Below, one piece after another: positions 19,782 to 29,719 of a stretch of 49,950 nt of DNA; the stretch's first letter is position 1; each line of letters starts with the position of its first letter. Origin of the DNA: an uncultured Alphaproteobacteria bacterium (lineage in GTDB: Bacteria > Pseudomonadota > Alphaproteobacteria > MPNO01 > UBA830); contig CAJWUK010000003.1 in NCBI GenBank assembly GCA_913047365.1, positions 1 through 49,950 on the forward strand, in the 5' to 3' direction. The notes beneath the pieces are model-generated. The model worked only from the letters and a program-made list of their open reading frames with translations. It ran no database searches and was not told the DNA's origin. Position numbers and translations under genes: made by a program.

Positions 19782-19826
19782 CCGGCCAAACCTGTCCGCA
19801 CCGGGCTGAGCCAGCCCCATCCCTTC

Positions 19827-20135
19827 ATGAAAATCCATCCAGACACGGCAGAGGCAGCAGGGGTAAAGGGGGGTGACTGGGCGTTTCTGGAAAACAACCA
19901 CGGTCGGATTCGTCTTATGGCCCGGTTAAACCCGTCCCTGCATCCGAAGGTCGTCTGTGCACCCTATGGATGGTGGCAGGCGTGCACCGCACTGGACCTT
20001 CCCGGCCAGCCGCCGCTTCAAGAAAGCAGCGCCAACCAGAATCTGTTAATCGCGGACAAGGATATCGACCCGCTCAGCGGGTCGGTGCCTCATCGTTCTA
20101 CCCGCTGCCGCCTGGTCGCTGAGGAGAAAACCTAG
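19827..20135 (+). pseudogene. Isolated C-terminal molybdopterin dinucleotide-binding domain, probably a remnant of a DMSO-reductase-family gene
   Basis: IHPDTAEAAGVKGGDW..HPKVVCAPYGWWQ..DPLSGSVPHRS. Only 45 nt separate it from gluQ, so there is no room for the catalytic domains. Confidence 0.7.
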
Positions 20136-21403
20136 GCCGCTTTCTGCCGATTGCGGCGACGCGGTTTTCCGCGCCGGCGGCGGGGCTTGCCGTTCGAATT
20201 GGCCGGGCGCTGGCCATGACCCTGATGGCCGCGGCCGCGCCGTTGCGGCGGCGCCGTTTCTTCGCCTTCCGGCCCGTCGCCTACAACCCTCAGCGACTTT
20301 TTCAAGAGCCGTTCGATATCGCGCAGGTATTTACGTTCGGACGGATCGCAGAATGCGATGGCAACGCCGCTGGCTCCCGCCCGAGCAGTGCGTCCGATGC
20401 GATGGACATAACTTTCCGGTTCGTTTGGTAGTTCGTAATTAACGACGTGGGTCACTCCGTCGATATCGATACCGCGGGCAGCGATATCGGTTGCCACCAT
20501 TACGCGGCATTTACCTTCGCGAAAGCGGTTCAACGCTTTCTGTCGCGCCGCCTGTGATTTGTTCCCGTGGATAGCCGCCGCCGACACGCCCATTCTTTCG
20601 AGCTGCTCGGCCACCCGGTTGGCCCGGTGTTTGGTGCGGGTAAAGACGATGACCCGTTCGAGACCGGGGTCGGAAAAGATATTGCGCAGCGCCTCTGTCT
20701 TGCCGCCGCCAGCGGCGACGTGACGAACAGATTGTTCGATCAGTTCCACCGGCGTGGCCTGCGGCGCGATTTCGATGCGCAGCGGGTCATGCAGAATTTC
20801 CGTCGACAGCCGCGCGATTTCCTTCGGCATAGTCGCAGAAAACAGCAGAGATTGCCGCTCATCAGGCAAGGCTGCCACGATTTTTCTGACGTCGCGGACG
20901 AAGCCCATGTCGAGCATGCGGTCGGCTTCGTCCAGGACGAAATATTCGATGCCGGACAAATCTACGAAATCCCGGGCGAACAGATCCAGCAGACGACCGG
21001 GCGTGGCGATAACCAAGTCCAGTCCGCGTTTTAGGGCGCTGATCTGGCGCTTTTCATTAACACCGCCGAAGATAACGGTGTGACGCAGTTTCATGTGCGC
21101 GGAATAGGCACCGAATTCCTCGCCGATCTGGATGGCAAGCTCCCGCGTCGGTGCAAGCACCAGGGCGCGGGGACGGCGGATGTTTTTCTTCGGGCGTGGA
21201 TCGCGGAACCGGTGGAGAACTGGCAGCGCAAAGGCTGCGGTCTTGCCGGTGCCGGTCTGGGCGATGCCTAGCATGTCGCGGCAGTCCATCAGGCCGGGAA
21301 TAGCCTGCGCCTGGATGGGAGTGGGTGTTACGTGATTGCGTGCGGCCAAGGCACGGAGGACCGGTTCGGCAAGGCCGAGGTCCGAAAACTTAATATTGGT
21401 CAA
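20132..21403 (-). CDS. rhlE: DEAD-box RNA helicase, RhlE-like
   Basis: PTPIQ, AQTGTGKT, PTRELA, DEAD, SAT, HRIGRT and a basic C-terminal tail. Start at TTG 21403. Confidence 0.9.
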   Translation of the reverse strand: MTNIKFSDLGLAEPVLRALAARNHVTPTPIQAQAIPGLMDCRDMLGIAQTGTGKTAAFALPVLHRFRDPRPKKNIRRPRALVLAPTRELAIQIGEEFGAYSAHMKLRHTVIFGGVNEKRQISALKRGLDLVIATPGRLLDLFARDFVDLSGIEYFVLDEADRMLDMGFVRDVRKIVAALPDERQSLLFSATMPKEIARLSTEILHDPLRIEIAPQATPVELIEQSVRHVAAGGGKTEALRNIFSDPGLERVIVFTRTKHRANRVAEQLERMGVSAAAIHGNKSQAARQKALNRFREGKCRVMVATDIAARGIDIDGVTHVVNYELPNEPESYVHRIGRTARAGASGVAIAFCDPSERKYLRDIERLLKKSLRVVGDGPEGEETAPPQRRGRGHQGHGQRPANSNGKPRRRRGKPRRRNRQKAA

Positions 21404-21667
21404 TGGAAAAGTACTTCTTTCTGCCGCGTGCGGATTTCGTTTGTGGCGCGTCTGCGCTCTGGGCACGGGCGTTTTCCGGGTACCGGGCGCGGCCGGCACG
21501 AGGCATTTTTATTTATTTGTTCCCGGGAAATAATGCTGCACACAGGCAGCAATTCGCGCTATCGCGAGACAACTAACGACGGACGTATGCGCCTCTATGG
21601 CCGCTAAGTCAATAAAATATCGGTATTTTTCCGAATTCGATGTTTCAGGAGTCAAATTTCGGGCAGT

Positions 21668-22513
21668 TTAGCAACGCAATCCCTTCAGAATCGTCTCGTA
21701 ATCAGAATGCTCCGGCGGCAAGACGCCGTGTCGGATGCAAAAATCGATGATAACCAGATTACAGTTAAATTTGAAATCGTCGGTCGTCTCAACAATCTCC
21801 ATCACCTCCTCTACGGGCAGCAGCCGGAATTCGGCGACTTCACCATCTTCGCATGAAGGCTGGAAACCGGCCGGTAGTGCCAGATCCCAGCAGAACATCA
21901 TATCGGGCTTCAGGCCGGTCTCGTTTTCCATGGTGTAGGTGATCGCGCCGACGGGCATAGCCTTCTCCGCAAAATGGCGCGGAACGCCCGCTTCTTCCGC
22001 TGCTTCTTTGATCACGTTTTCTTTCAGCCCGAGCTTTACCGGCTGGCCGCCCGCAATCATGTTGTCCAGCTTACCGGGGCAGACTGGCCGATCGTCAGCA
22101 CGAACCGCGATCCACATTTTCAGATCGTCGCCATCGCGGACGAACCCGTTCACATGGACGCCATAGGCGCGGACTCCAAAGAACGGTGCAGCCGCCCGTT
22201 CGATTTCAAACGCATGCGGCCCGCCCCAGTTGCCGCCAACCGGATAAGGCTCCCCGCGCCAGCCGGCCAGCACGCCGTCTTCGAACAAAGCGCGCACCAC
22301 CATATCGACCGAGGCTGTACGGTCCTCATACGCGTCGAGGCCGTCCGCCAGCCGCACGGCGTCGCCGGACAGGTTGAAAACATCGGGAAAGCGCTCCAGA
22401 TGGATTAGGTGTTCCTTGCGAATATGGCCGGCGGCCTCTCCGTCCACGATCAACAGCACAAATTTCTTCAGATCGTGGGCATTGCAGCGGGCAATATGGT
22501 CGAGGAAACTCAT
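21668..22513 (-). CDS. NUDIX hydrolase with DUF4743 domain
   Basis: GWRGE, YGVHVNG and Nudix box GGQP..ENVIKEAAEEAG. Start at ATG 22513. Confidence 0.9.
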   Translation of the reverse strand: MSFLDHIARCNAHDLKKFVLLIVDGEAAGHIRKEHLIHLERFPDVFNLSGDAVRLADGLDAYEDRTASVDMVVRALFEDGVLAGWRGEPYPVGGNWGGPHAFEIERAAAPFFGVRAYGVHVNGFVRDGDDLKMWIAVRADDRPVCPGKLDNMIAGGQPVKLGLKENVIKEAAEEAGVPRHFAEKAMPVGAITYTMENETGLKPDMMFCWDLALPAGFQPSCEDGEVAEFRLLPVEEVMEIVETTDDFKFNCNLVIIDFCIRHGVLPPEHSDYETILKGLRC

Positions 22514-22619
22514 CCCCGTCAGGATAGCCGCACAGATCCTGCAAGAGAAAGGCTGTGCCTGACCCCTGTGACCGGCCGTATTGATTGCTTTTCGGCACCA
22601 GTCTGACCATATTCGCCCT

Positions 22620-22817
22620 ATGTCTTCCGCCCTGCCCGTTCTAATTATCATCGCGATGGTCGCCACGCTGGCGGCCCTCGGTCTGGGGCTGTTCGCTATG
22701 GTCAGGGGCGGGGAATTCAACGCCAAGCATTCAAACAAGTTCATGCGGCTGCGGGTGATCCTGCAGTTTTCCGCAGTGGCATTATTGGGGCTGCTGTTCC
22801 TGTTTTCGTCGAAATAA
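22620..22817 (+). CDS. Twin transmembrane helix small protein (HIG1 domain)
   Basis: Two TM helices around SNKFMRLRVILQ. Confidence 0.9.
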   Translation: MSSALPVLIIIAMVATLAALGLGLFAMVRGGEFNAKHSNKFMRLRVILQFSAVALLGLLFLFSSK

Positions 22818-22875
22818 TCCCTAGGGACGGGCACAAGCGCCCTTGTCAGGATGACGAGATTGTATCCGGTCTCCA

Positions 22876-22912
22876 CATCCTGAGGAGATGCCGCCGGCGG
22901 CGTCTCGACGGA
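22876..22912. repeat. REP-like alphaproteobacterial palindromic element
   Basis: CATCCTGAGGAGATGCCGCCGGCGGCGTCTCGACGGA, with an internal GAGA(T/C)GCCG inverted repeat. Resemblance to known elements is from memory. Confidence 0.5.
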
Positions 22913-22918
22913 CCTTCG

Positions 22919-22933
22919 CAATTGCAGCAATTG
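22919..22933. promoter_or_regulatory. Palindrome CAATTGC-A-GCAATTG, candidate operator upstream of etfBA-hbd
   Basis: 7-1-7 perfect inverted repeat, 10 nt before a TTGACA. Confidence 0.45.
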
Positions 22934-22943
22934 TGACCGAAAC

Positions 22944-22971
22944 TTGACATGTGAGGCGACTCGGGTAGTTT
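22944..22971 (+). promoter_or_regulatory. Putative sigma70 promoter of etfBA
   Basis: TTGACA-N16-TAGTTT. Confidence 0.5.
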
Positions 22972-23081
22972 TCGCACCTGCGAAATAAATGCCTTCCGGA
23001 GGCGTCTTCCGTCGGCAGCGGACGCGCCGGTTCAGGCCTGAAAACAAGGTAGCTGCCCCAAAGTTTGAGAGATTCCGGCCG

Positions 23082-23831
23082 ATGAAACTGCTCGTCGCTG
23101 TGAAGCGTGTAATCGATTACAACGTCAAAGTCCGCGTAAAGGCGGACGAAACCGGCGTTGAGACCGCCAACGTCAAAATGTCCATGAACCCGTTCGACGA
23201 AATCGCCGTCGAAGAGGCCGTACGGCTTCTGGAAGACGGCACCGCAACCGAGGTTGTCGCCGTGTCGCTCGGCGTCCAACAGTGCCAGGAAACCATCCGT
23301 ACAGCGCTGGCGATGGGCGCGGATCGCGGCATTCACGTCAAGACCGACGAAGAATTGCAGCCGCTGGCTGTCGCCAAGCTGCTAGCCAAGATCGTGGAAA
23401 AGGAAACGCCCGATATAGTGATCCTGGGCAAACAGGCTATCGACGACGATTCCAACCAGACCGGTCAGATGCTTGCGGGCCTACTCGGCTGGTCGCAGGG
23501 CACGTTTGCGTCCAAGGTCTACCTGGCAGACGGCAAGGCAAACGTCACCCGCGAAGTCGACGGCGGGCTCGAAACGCTGGCTATCAATTTGCCCGCGATC
23601 GTGACCACCGACCTGCGCCTGAACGAGCCACGCTACGCCTCGCTGCCCAACATCATGAAGGCCAAGAAAAAGGAAATCACGGAAATAACGCCGGATGAGC
23701 TGGGCGTTGATGTCGCGCCGCGGCTTACGACGCTGAAAGTGACCGAGCCGCCGAAACGCGAAGGCGGCATAAAGGTGGAAACCGTAAGCGATCTGATCGA
23801 CAAGCTGAAAAACGAAGCGGGGGTTATCTGA
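23082..23831 (+). CDS. etfB: Electron transfer flavoprotein beta subunit
   Basis: [36 protein letters not shown] and [18 protein letters not shown]. Confidence 0.97.
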   Translation: MKLLVAVKRVIDYNVKVRVKADETGVETANVKMSMNPFDEIAVEEAVRLLEDGTATEVVAVSLGVQQCQETIRTALAMGADRGIHVKTDEELQPLAVAKLLAKIVEKETPDIVILGKQAIDDDSNQTGQMLAGLLGWSQGTFASKVYLADGKANVTREVDGGLETLAINLPAIVTTDLRLNEPRYASLPNIMKAKKKEITEITPDELGVDVAPRLTTLKVTEPPKREGGIKVETVSDLIDKLKNEAGVI

Positions 23832-24784
23832 TGGCTGTTCTGGTCGTTGCCGATCATGACAATACGGCGCTTGTTCCCATTATACTGAACACGGTTACCG
23901 CGGCTGCCGCGATTAACGACGACGTGCATTTGCTGGTTGCCGGCGAAAATGCCGGCACAGCAGCTGAAGCCGCGGCCAGGGTAGCCGGGGTATCGGCGGT
24001 CCTTCATGCGGACAGCCCGGCCTACGGCCATCAGCTTGCCGAGGCTCTGGCGCCACTGATCGTGGGTCTAGCAGGCAGTTACAGCCATGTCCTTTTCCCA
24101 TCGAACACTACAGGCAAAAACGTCGCTCCGCGCGTCGCCGCCCTGCTGGACGTCGCCCAGATTTCGGACATCGTCGAAGTCATCTCCGAAGATACCTTCG
24201 TACGACCGATCTATGCCGGCAATGCCATGGCAACAGTGCAATCGACGGATCCCGTGAAGATCATCACCGTGCGAGGAACGGCGTTTGCGGCGGCGGCCGA
24301 AGACGGCGGTTCTGCGGCGGTTCAGGGTACAGACGGGGCGGAAGACCCCGGCCTGTCCAGCTTCCTCGGCCAGGAACTGACCAAATCCGAACGGCCGGAA
24401 CTAACCGCCGCCCGGGTGATCATCTCCGGCGGGCGCGGTATGCAGTCGGGCGAGAATTTCGAGATCATTGAAAGGATCGCCGACAAACTGGGGGCTGCTG
24501 TCGGCGCATCGCGCGCGGCGGTGGATGCGGGCTACAAGCCCAACGATTACCAGGTCGGCCAGACCGGCAAGGTGGTCGCGCCGGAATTGTACATTGCCGT
24601 CGGTATTTCCGGCGCGATCCAGCATCTGGCGGGTATGAAAGATTCCAAGATTATCGTCGCCATCAATAAGGACGAGGAAGCGCCGATTTTCTCGGTGGCG
24701 GATTACGGAATCGTCGGCGATCTGTTCAAGGTTGTCCCCGAATTGGAAGAAGAACTCGAAAAACAGGGCATTTCCGCCCGCTGA
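23831..24784 (+). CDS. etfA: Electron transfer flavoprotein alpha subunit
   Basis: [28 protein letters not shown] and GISGAIQH; TGATG overlap with etfB. Confidence 0.97.
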   Translation: MAVLVVADHDNTALVPIILNTVTAAAAINDDVHLLVAGENAGTAAEAAARVAGVSAVLHADSPAYGHQLAEALAPLIVGLAGSYSHVLFPSNTTGKNVAPRVAALLDVAQISDIVEVISEDTFVRPIYAGNAMATVQSTDPVKIITVRGTAFAAAAEDGGSAAVQGTDGAEDPGLSSFLGQELTKSERPELTAARVIISGGRGMQSGENFEIIERIADKLGAAVGASRAAVDAGYKPNDYQVGQTGKVVAPELYIAVGISGAIQHLAGMKDSKIIVAINKDEEAPIFSVADYGIVGDLFKVVPELEEELEKQGISAR

Positions 24785-24857
24785 TTCGTCAACGGGCCGT
24801 CGATAAAACGGGTGATAAGAACATCTGTGACGGGAAGTCATCAGAGGAGCACTTGCA

Positions 24858-25772
24858 ATGGCTGACATTCAGGATCCGGGCGCAACGCCCGAAGCATTGA
24901 GCATCAAACAGATCGGTGTGATCGGCGCCGGGCAGATGGGATCAGGGATAGCCCATGTGGCGGCAACCACCGGCATCCATGTCGCGATGGTCGATATCGG
25001 ACAGGAACAGATCGACCGGGCGATCGCAACCATCGACAAGAATCTGGAACGCCAGGTCGGCCGCGAAAAGATCACGGCCGCCGACAAGCAGGACGCGCTG
25101 GACCGGCTGACCACATCGACCGATTACGCGTCCCTGACCGATTGCGACATCGTGATCGAAGCCGCGACCGAAGACGAAAACATCAAGCGTGAAATATACA
25201 AGGCTATGATCCCGTCACTTCGGGATGATGCCATTATCGCGTCGAACACGTCGTCGATTTCGATCACGCGACTAGGAGCCACCACCGATCGCCCGGAACG
25301 GTTCATGGGCATGCATTTCATGAATCCCGTGCCGATCATGCAACTAGTGGAACTGATCCCCGGTATCGCCACCGACGATGCCACTCACAAGGTCGTCGAA
25401 GGCCTGACCTATCGCATGGGCAAGACGCCTGTGATTTCGGAAGATTTTCCAGCCTTTATCGTCAACCGCATCCTACTGCCGATGATTAATGAGGCGGTCT
25501 ACACTCTTCACGAAGGAATCGGGTCGGTGAAAGATATCGACACCGCCATGAAGCTCGGTGCCAATCACCCCATGGGCCCGCTGGAACTGGCAGATTTCAT
25601 CGGACTAGATACCTGCCTTGCGGTTATGCAGGTACTCTATGACGGCCTCGCCGACACCAAGTACCGTCCCTGTCCGCTGCTAGTAAAATATGTGGAAGCC
25701 GGCTGGTACGGCCGTAAATCCGGCAAGGGTTTCTACGATTATTCCGGCGACCAGCCGGTGCCGACACGGTAG
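24858..25772 (+). CDS. hbd: 3-hydroxybutyryl-CoA dehydrogenase
   Basis: [25 protein letters not shown] and [15 protein letters not shown]. Confidence 0.93.
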   Translation: MADIQDPGATPEALSIKQIGVIGAGQMGSGIAHVAATTGIHVAMVDIGQEQIDRAIATIDKNLERQVGREKITAADKQDALDRLTTSTDYASLTDCDIVIEAATEDENIKREIYKAMIPSLRDDAIIASNTSSISITRLGATTDRPERFMGMHFMNPVPIMQLVELIPGIATDDATHKVVEGLTYRMGKTPVISEDFPAFIVNRILLPMINEAVYTLHEGIGSVKDIDTAMKLGANHPMGPLELADFIGLDTCLAVMQVLYDGLADTKYRPCPLLVKYVEAGWYGRKSGKGFYDYSGDQPVPTR

Positions 25773-25791
25773 TAGTTCATAACCTTTAAAG

Positions 25792-25821
25792 AAAAAACCC
25801 GGCTTGAGGCCGGGTTTTTTT
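25792..25821. terminator. Bidirectional Rho-independent terminator
   Basis: AAAAAACCCGGC-TTGAG-GCCGGGTTTTTT between convergent genes. Confidence 0.85.
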
Positions 25822-27016
25822 ATTCCGCTGCCTGGCTCGGCACCTCGGCAGCATCCGGTTCCCATTGGCCGGCACCTTCCAGCGCCATGACATCCCGCAT
25901 CACGTGATTGGAGAACCGTTCCATCGAGGCCATCGCTAGTTCGTGCGACATACTGCCGATCTGGAACATGCCGAGGAAATAGCCGAGCCCGACCTGTTCA
26001 TGACAGGCGGCGAGTTTTTCGCGGACGGTATCGGGGCTGCCGACGATAATCACATCGCGTTCCATCAGCGATTCCACCGTGTGCGTCGACACCAGGCTGG
26101 ATTTGGTTTTCAGTACCCGCTTGTAGGAATCGATCGACATATATCCGGGCGGTAGAAGCATCGAGATCGAATACCGCAGCAACTTGTTGAAGAACAGTTC
26201 GACATGCGGGCGCACTTCGTCGATGGCCTGCTGGTCGGTCTCTCCCACATATATGGGTGCCGCCCAGCCGAGCTGTTCGGATGTCGCGGTATAGCCGTGC
26301 CGGTGTGCCACGTTGCGATAGGCGTTATGGAACCGGACCACGTTCTGGAACGGAGAATAAGTCTGCAGATATGTGTATTTGCGGTCCGGGTGGGCCGCCC
26401 ATTCGATAGTTTCGGTCGACCCCTGGCTTGGTACCCAGATCGGTGGGTGTGGATCCTGATAGGGACGCGGCCAGGTGTTCACATAATCGAAGTGGTAATG
26501 CTTGCCTTCGAACGGGAACGGGCCTTCCTCGGTCCATGCGCGGATCACCAGATCATGCGCTTCGTGGAACCGTTCATGGCTAAACGCTGGGTTGGACCCC
26601 AAAGAGTAATATTCTGCGCCAAGCCCGCGCACCATGCCGCTGATCAGCCGCCCGCCCGTGATGCAATCGAGCATGGCGTGCTCTTCCGCCAGGGTCTGAG
26701 GATGGTCTCGGATGCCGAAGGCGTTGCCGAGAATGGCGATCTTTACCCGCTCGGTCTTGGTCGCTAGCGCGGAAGCCATGACGACCGGCGACGGCATCAG
26801 CCCGTACGCATTCTGGTGATGTTCATTAACACAGACGCCGTCGAAGCCCAACTCCTCAGCATATTCCAGTTCGTCCAGATACCGGTTGTATAGTTCGTGC
26901 CCCTTTTCGGGATCGAACTTAGTGTTGGGATAAGTCACCCAACAGGTGTCGTATTCCTTGTCATAATCGGGATCGACATAGGCATAGGGCATCAAATGGA
27001 ACAGAAAGACCTTCAT
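25820..27016 (-). CDS. LLM-class (luciferase-like) flavin-dependent oxidoreductase, copy 2
   Basis: GFDGVCVNEHHQ, AEEHAMLDCITGGRL, WPRPYQDPHPPIW and VGSPDTV. Confidence 0.92.
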   Translation of the reverse strand: MKVFLFHLMPYAYVDPDYDKEYDTCWVTYPNTKFDPEKGHELYNRYLDELEYAEELGFDGVCVNEHHQNAYGLMPSPVVMASALATKTERVKIAILGNAFGIRDHPQTLAEEHAMLDCITGGRLISGMVRGLGAEYYSLGSNPAFSHERFHEAHDLVIRAWTEEGPFPFEGKHYHFDYVNTWPRPYQDPHPPIWVPSQGSTETIEWAAHPDRKYTYLQTYSPFQNVVRFHNAYRNVAHRHGYTATSEQLGWAAPIYVGETDQQAIDEVRPHVELFFNKLLRYSISMLLPPGYMSIDSYKRVLKTKSSLVSTHTVESLMERDVIIVGSPDTVREKLAACHEQVGLGYFLGMFQIGSMSHELAMASMERFSNHVMRDVMALEGAGQWEPDAAEVPSQAAE

Positions 27017-27048
27017 CGCGACCTCATTATCTTTTTTTCTGGCCCCGC

Positions 27049-28218
27049 CTATTCGGCAGCGACTTGTTCCTGCACGCCGAACTGCTTCGCCGCGGGCATG
27101 ACCTCTTCGGCAAATCGTTTCATGCTGGCGACCGTCATTTCATGGGGCATGGACGCCACCTGGAACATACCCAGGAACGTGCCGACACCGGCTTCACGCT
27201 GGCAATATTCCAGCCGCTTCCGCACTGTATCGGGGCTGCCGCAGATGATTATGCCGGTTTCCAGAAGCTCTTCCATCGACCGCACCTTGGACAGGCCGCC
27301 CTTGTGCTTCATGACATTCTTATATGATCGAAGGCTGAGGTATCCCGGCGGCAGCAGCATTTCGGGCGTCATGCGGAGAAACTTGTTGAAGAACGCTTCC
27401 ATATGCGGGCGCGCTTCCTCCATCGCCTTTTCATCGGTTTCGCCAACATAGATGGGTGCCGCCCAGCCGACCTGATCGTCCGTTGCCTCGTAGCCGTGCA
27501 TGTCGCGCGCGATATCGCGGTACATGTGCAGGAACTTTTTCACTGCCTCGAACGGACTATAGGTTTGAAGATAGGTGTATTTGCGGTCCGCGTGAGACGC
27601 CCATTCGATGGTTTCGAGCGAGCCCTGCGACGGGCACCAGATCGGCGGATGCGGTTTTTGGTACGGGCGCGGCCATACGTTCACGTATTCGAAGTGATAA
27701 TGCTTGCCCTCGAACGCGAAGGGGCCTTCGTCGGTCCATGCGCGGATCACCAGATCATGTGCTTCGTGGAACCGTTCATGGCTGAACGCCGGGTTTGCGC
27801 CCATTGAATAGTATTCGGCGCCGATGCCCCGAACCATGCCGCTGATCAGTCGCCCGCCGGTGATGCAGTCGATCATGGCGTGTTCTTCAGCCAACGTCAG
27901 CGGATGTTCGCGAATACCGAACGCATTGCCAAGCACCGCGATCTTTGCCTTAGAAGTACGGCGCGCCAGCGCGGCGGCGGGCACGATGGGCGACGGCATC
28001 AACCCATAGGCGTTCTGGTGATGTTCGTTGACGCAGAGCCCGTCGAAACCGAGCTCTTCGCCCATTTCGAGCTCGTCCAGATAGGTGTTGTAGAGATATT
28101 TCCCTACCTTGGGATCAAAATTAGAATTGGGATAGACCACCCAAGATGCCTTGTAATCCTTATCATAGTCGAGATCGAGCTCGGCATACGGCATTAAATG
28201 AAACAGGAAACACTGCAT
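27049..28218 (-). CDS. LLM-class flavin-dependent oxidoreductase, copy 1
   Basis: Same motifs as the neighbouring copy; start chosen to align with the paralog (MQCFLFHLMP). Confidence 0.92.
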   Translation of the reverse strand: MQCFLFHLMPYAELDLDYDKDYKASWVVYPNSNFDPKVGKYLYNTYLDELEMGEELGFDGLCVNEHHQNAYGLMPSPIVPAAALARRTSKAKIAVLGNAFGIREHPLTLAEEHAMIDCITGGRLISGMVRGIGAEYYSMGANPAFSHERFHEAHDLVIRAWTDEGPFAFEGKHYHFEYVNVWPRPYQKPHPPIWCPSQGSLETIEWASHADRKYTYLQTYSPFEAVKKFLHMYRDIARDMHGYEATDDQVGWAAPIYVGETDEKAMEEARPHMEAFFNKFLRMTPEMLLPPGYLSLRSYKNVMKHKGGLSKVRSMEELLETGIIICGSPDTVRKRLEYCQREAGVGTFLGMFQVASMPHEMTVASMKRFAEEVMPAAKQFGVQEQVAAE

Positions 28219-28474
28219 CGGGCACATCCCCAATATCTGTAAGGTTTCTAACGATTATAGCGGCAACGGTACATAACGAAACCACCCAGAAACAACTTAA
28301 AATTCGCCCATTCCTGAAGGACCCCATGCAAATACAAAGTGAAAACCCGCATCTTCCGGGGATTTGAAAGAACAGCGGAATGCAGAGCCGGCCGATTATG
28401 GAAAAAAAAATTAATAGACCTGATACTTATTTGAACTATGTTACGGCGCTTGTTGCGACATAAGAGTTACCGCG

Positions 28475-29719
28475 ATGAGTGCACATGAACACATTGTCCT
28501 TACTTCGCACACGCCAGTCGGCGCTGAAGCGCTGCGCCCTATCAATTGGGGTGTGTCTAATCCGATAGAACGTGGCCCGGTCATCGGCACCGTTACCGAT
28601 CCGGCTGCGCGCAATACCGTGGGCACCCATTCAGGCAGCTATTCGGTTTATCTAGCCGCATCCGTGGCCGCCGGCAGGCTGGACCCGAACTTCAAGCCCG
28701 ACCTGCACAACACCGCCCCCGTAGCCGAAATCGGCCCCTATCCGCAATGGTCGGAGCCGAGAAAAATCGTTTCGCTGGATCCGTTCGGCCACATGGTGAC
28801 AGAAATTTTCGCCGACGACCTGGCTGCGGGCGTCGATATCCGCCCAACCATCGCCATTACGCAGGCGCGACTATCGATGCTGGAAATCCGGGAAGCGGTT
28901 TCCTTGGGCCGTTTGAAGGCGGATGGCAAAATCCTGTCGGACAACGGCGATGTCTACGTCACCAAGGTTGCCGTCGATCCGGTCTGGCATCTGCCGGGTA
29001 TGGCGGAGCGGTTGAGCTGCGACACCGGCACATTACGCCGGGCCCTGTTTACCTATACCGGTGGCATGTATCCAGAGCTGGTGACGCGCAGCGATCTGGA
29101 AATCTTTCTGCCGCCCATCGGCGGTCTGTCGGCCTATGTGTTCGGCGATCCGAAAATGCTTGCCGACCAGAAAGTTCCTCTAGCCTGCCGCGTGCATGAC
29201 GAATGCAATGGATCCGACGTGTTCGGATCCGACATCTGCACCTGCCGGCCATACCTTACCCACGGGATCGAGATGTGCGTTGAAATGGCGCAAGCAGGCG
29301 GCAACGGGCTGGTCGTATACAATCGAAAAGAGGGTCGCGCGCTGGGCGAAGTTACCAAGTTTCTTGTTTACAACGCCCGCAAGCGCCAGGAAGAAGGCGA
29401 CAACGCCGCGCGGTATTTTGAACGTACCGAATGCGTAGCAGGCGTTCAGGACGCGCGGTTCCAAGAATTGATGCCTGATATCTTCCACTGGCTGGGCGTG
29501 AGCCGGCTGGACCGTTTTGCATCGATGAGCGACATGAAGCACGATGCACTGGCACGTCAGGGTATCGATATCGGTGAACGCGTCGATCTACCGGAAGAAC
29601 TGATCCCCGAAGACGCGAAGGTGGAGATGGAGGCAAAAAAGGCCGCCGGATATTTCACCAGCACCGATATCAAGGACGCGGACGAATTGAAGGACGTAAA
29701 GGGACGCGCTCTGTTTTGA
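28475..29719 (+). CDS. GTP cyclohydrolase II-like protein of the URC1 type (uracil catabolism)
   Basis: N-terminal extension (RGPVIGT, GTHSGSYSVY) plus RVHDECNGSDVFGSDICTCRPYL Zn motif and RKEGRALGEVTK. Confidence 0.88.
   Translation: MSAHEHIVLTSHTPVGAEALRPINWGVSNPIERGPVIGTVTDPAARNTVGTHSGSYSVYLAASVAAGRLDPNFKPDLHNTAPVAEIGPYPQWSEPRKIVSLDPFGHMVTEIFADDLAAGVDIRPTIAITQARLSMLEIREAVSLGRLKADGKILSDNGDVYVTKVAVDPVWHLPGMAERLSCDTGTLRRALFTYTGGMYPELVTRSDLEIFLPPIGGLSAYVFGDPKMLADQKVPLACRVHDECNGSDVFGSDICTCRPYLTHGIEMCVEMAQAGGNGLVVYNRKEGRALGEVTKFLVYNARKRQEEGDNAARYFERTECVAGVQDARFQELMPDIFHWLGVSRLDRFASMSDMKHDALARQGIDIGERVDLPEELIPEDAKVEMEAKKAAGYFTSTDIKDADELKDVKGRALF

Noticed and set aside
22514-23047. Long N-terminal extension of the NUDIX ORF
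   Set aside because: It overlaps the HIG1 gene on the opposite strand; family similarity starts at MSFLDHI.
25820-28218. Bioluminescence (luxAB) operon
   Set aside because: No luxC, luxD, luxE or luxG, and the motifs match generic LLM-class oxidoreductases.
28475-29719. Riboflavin biosynthesis ribA
   Set aside because: The N-terminal extension and linkage to URC4 and upp point to the URC1 type; no rib genes are nearby.
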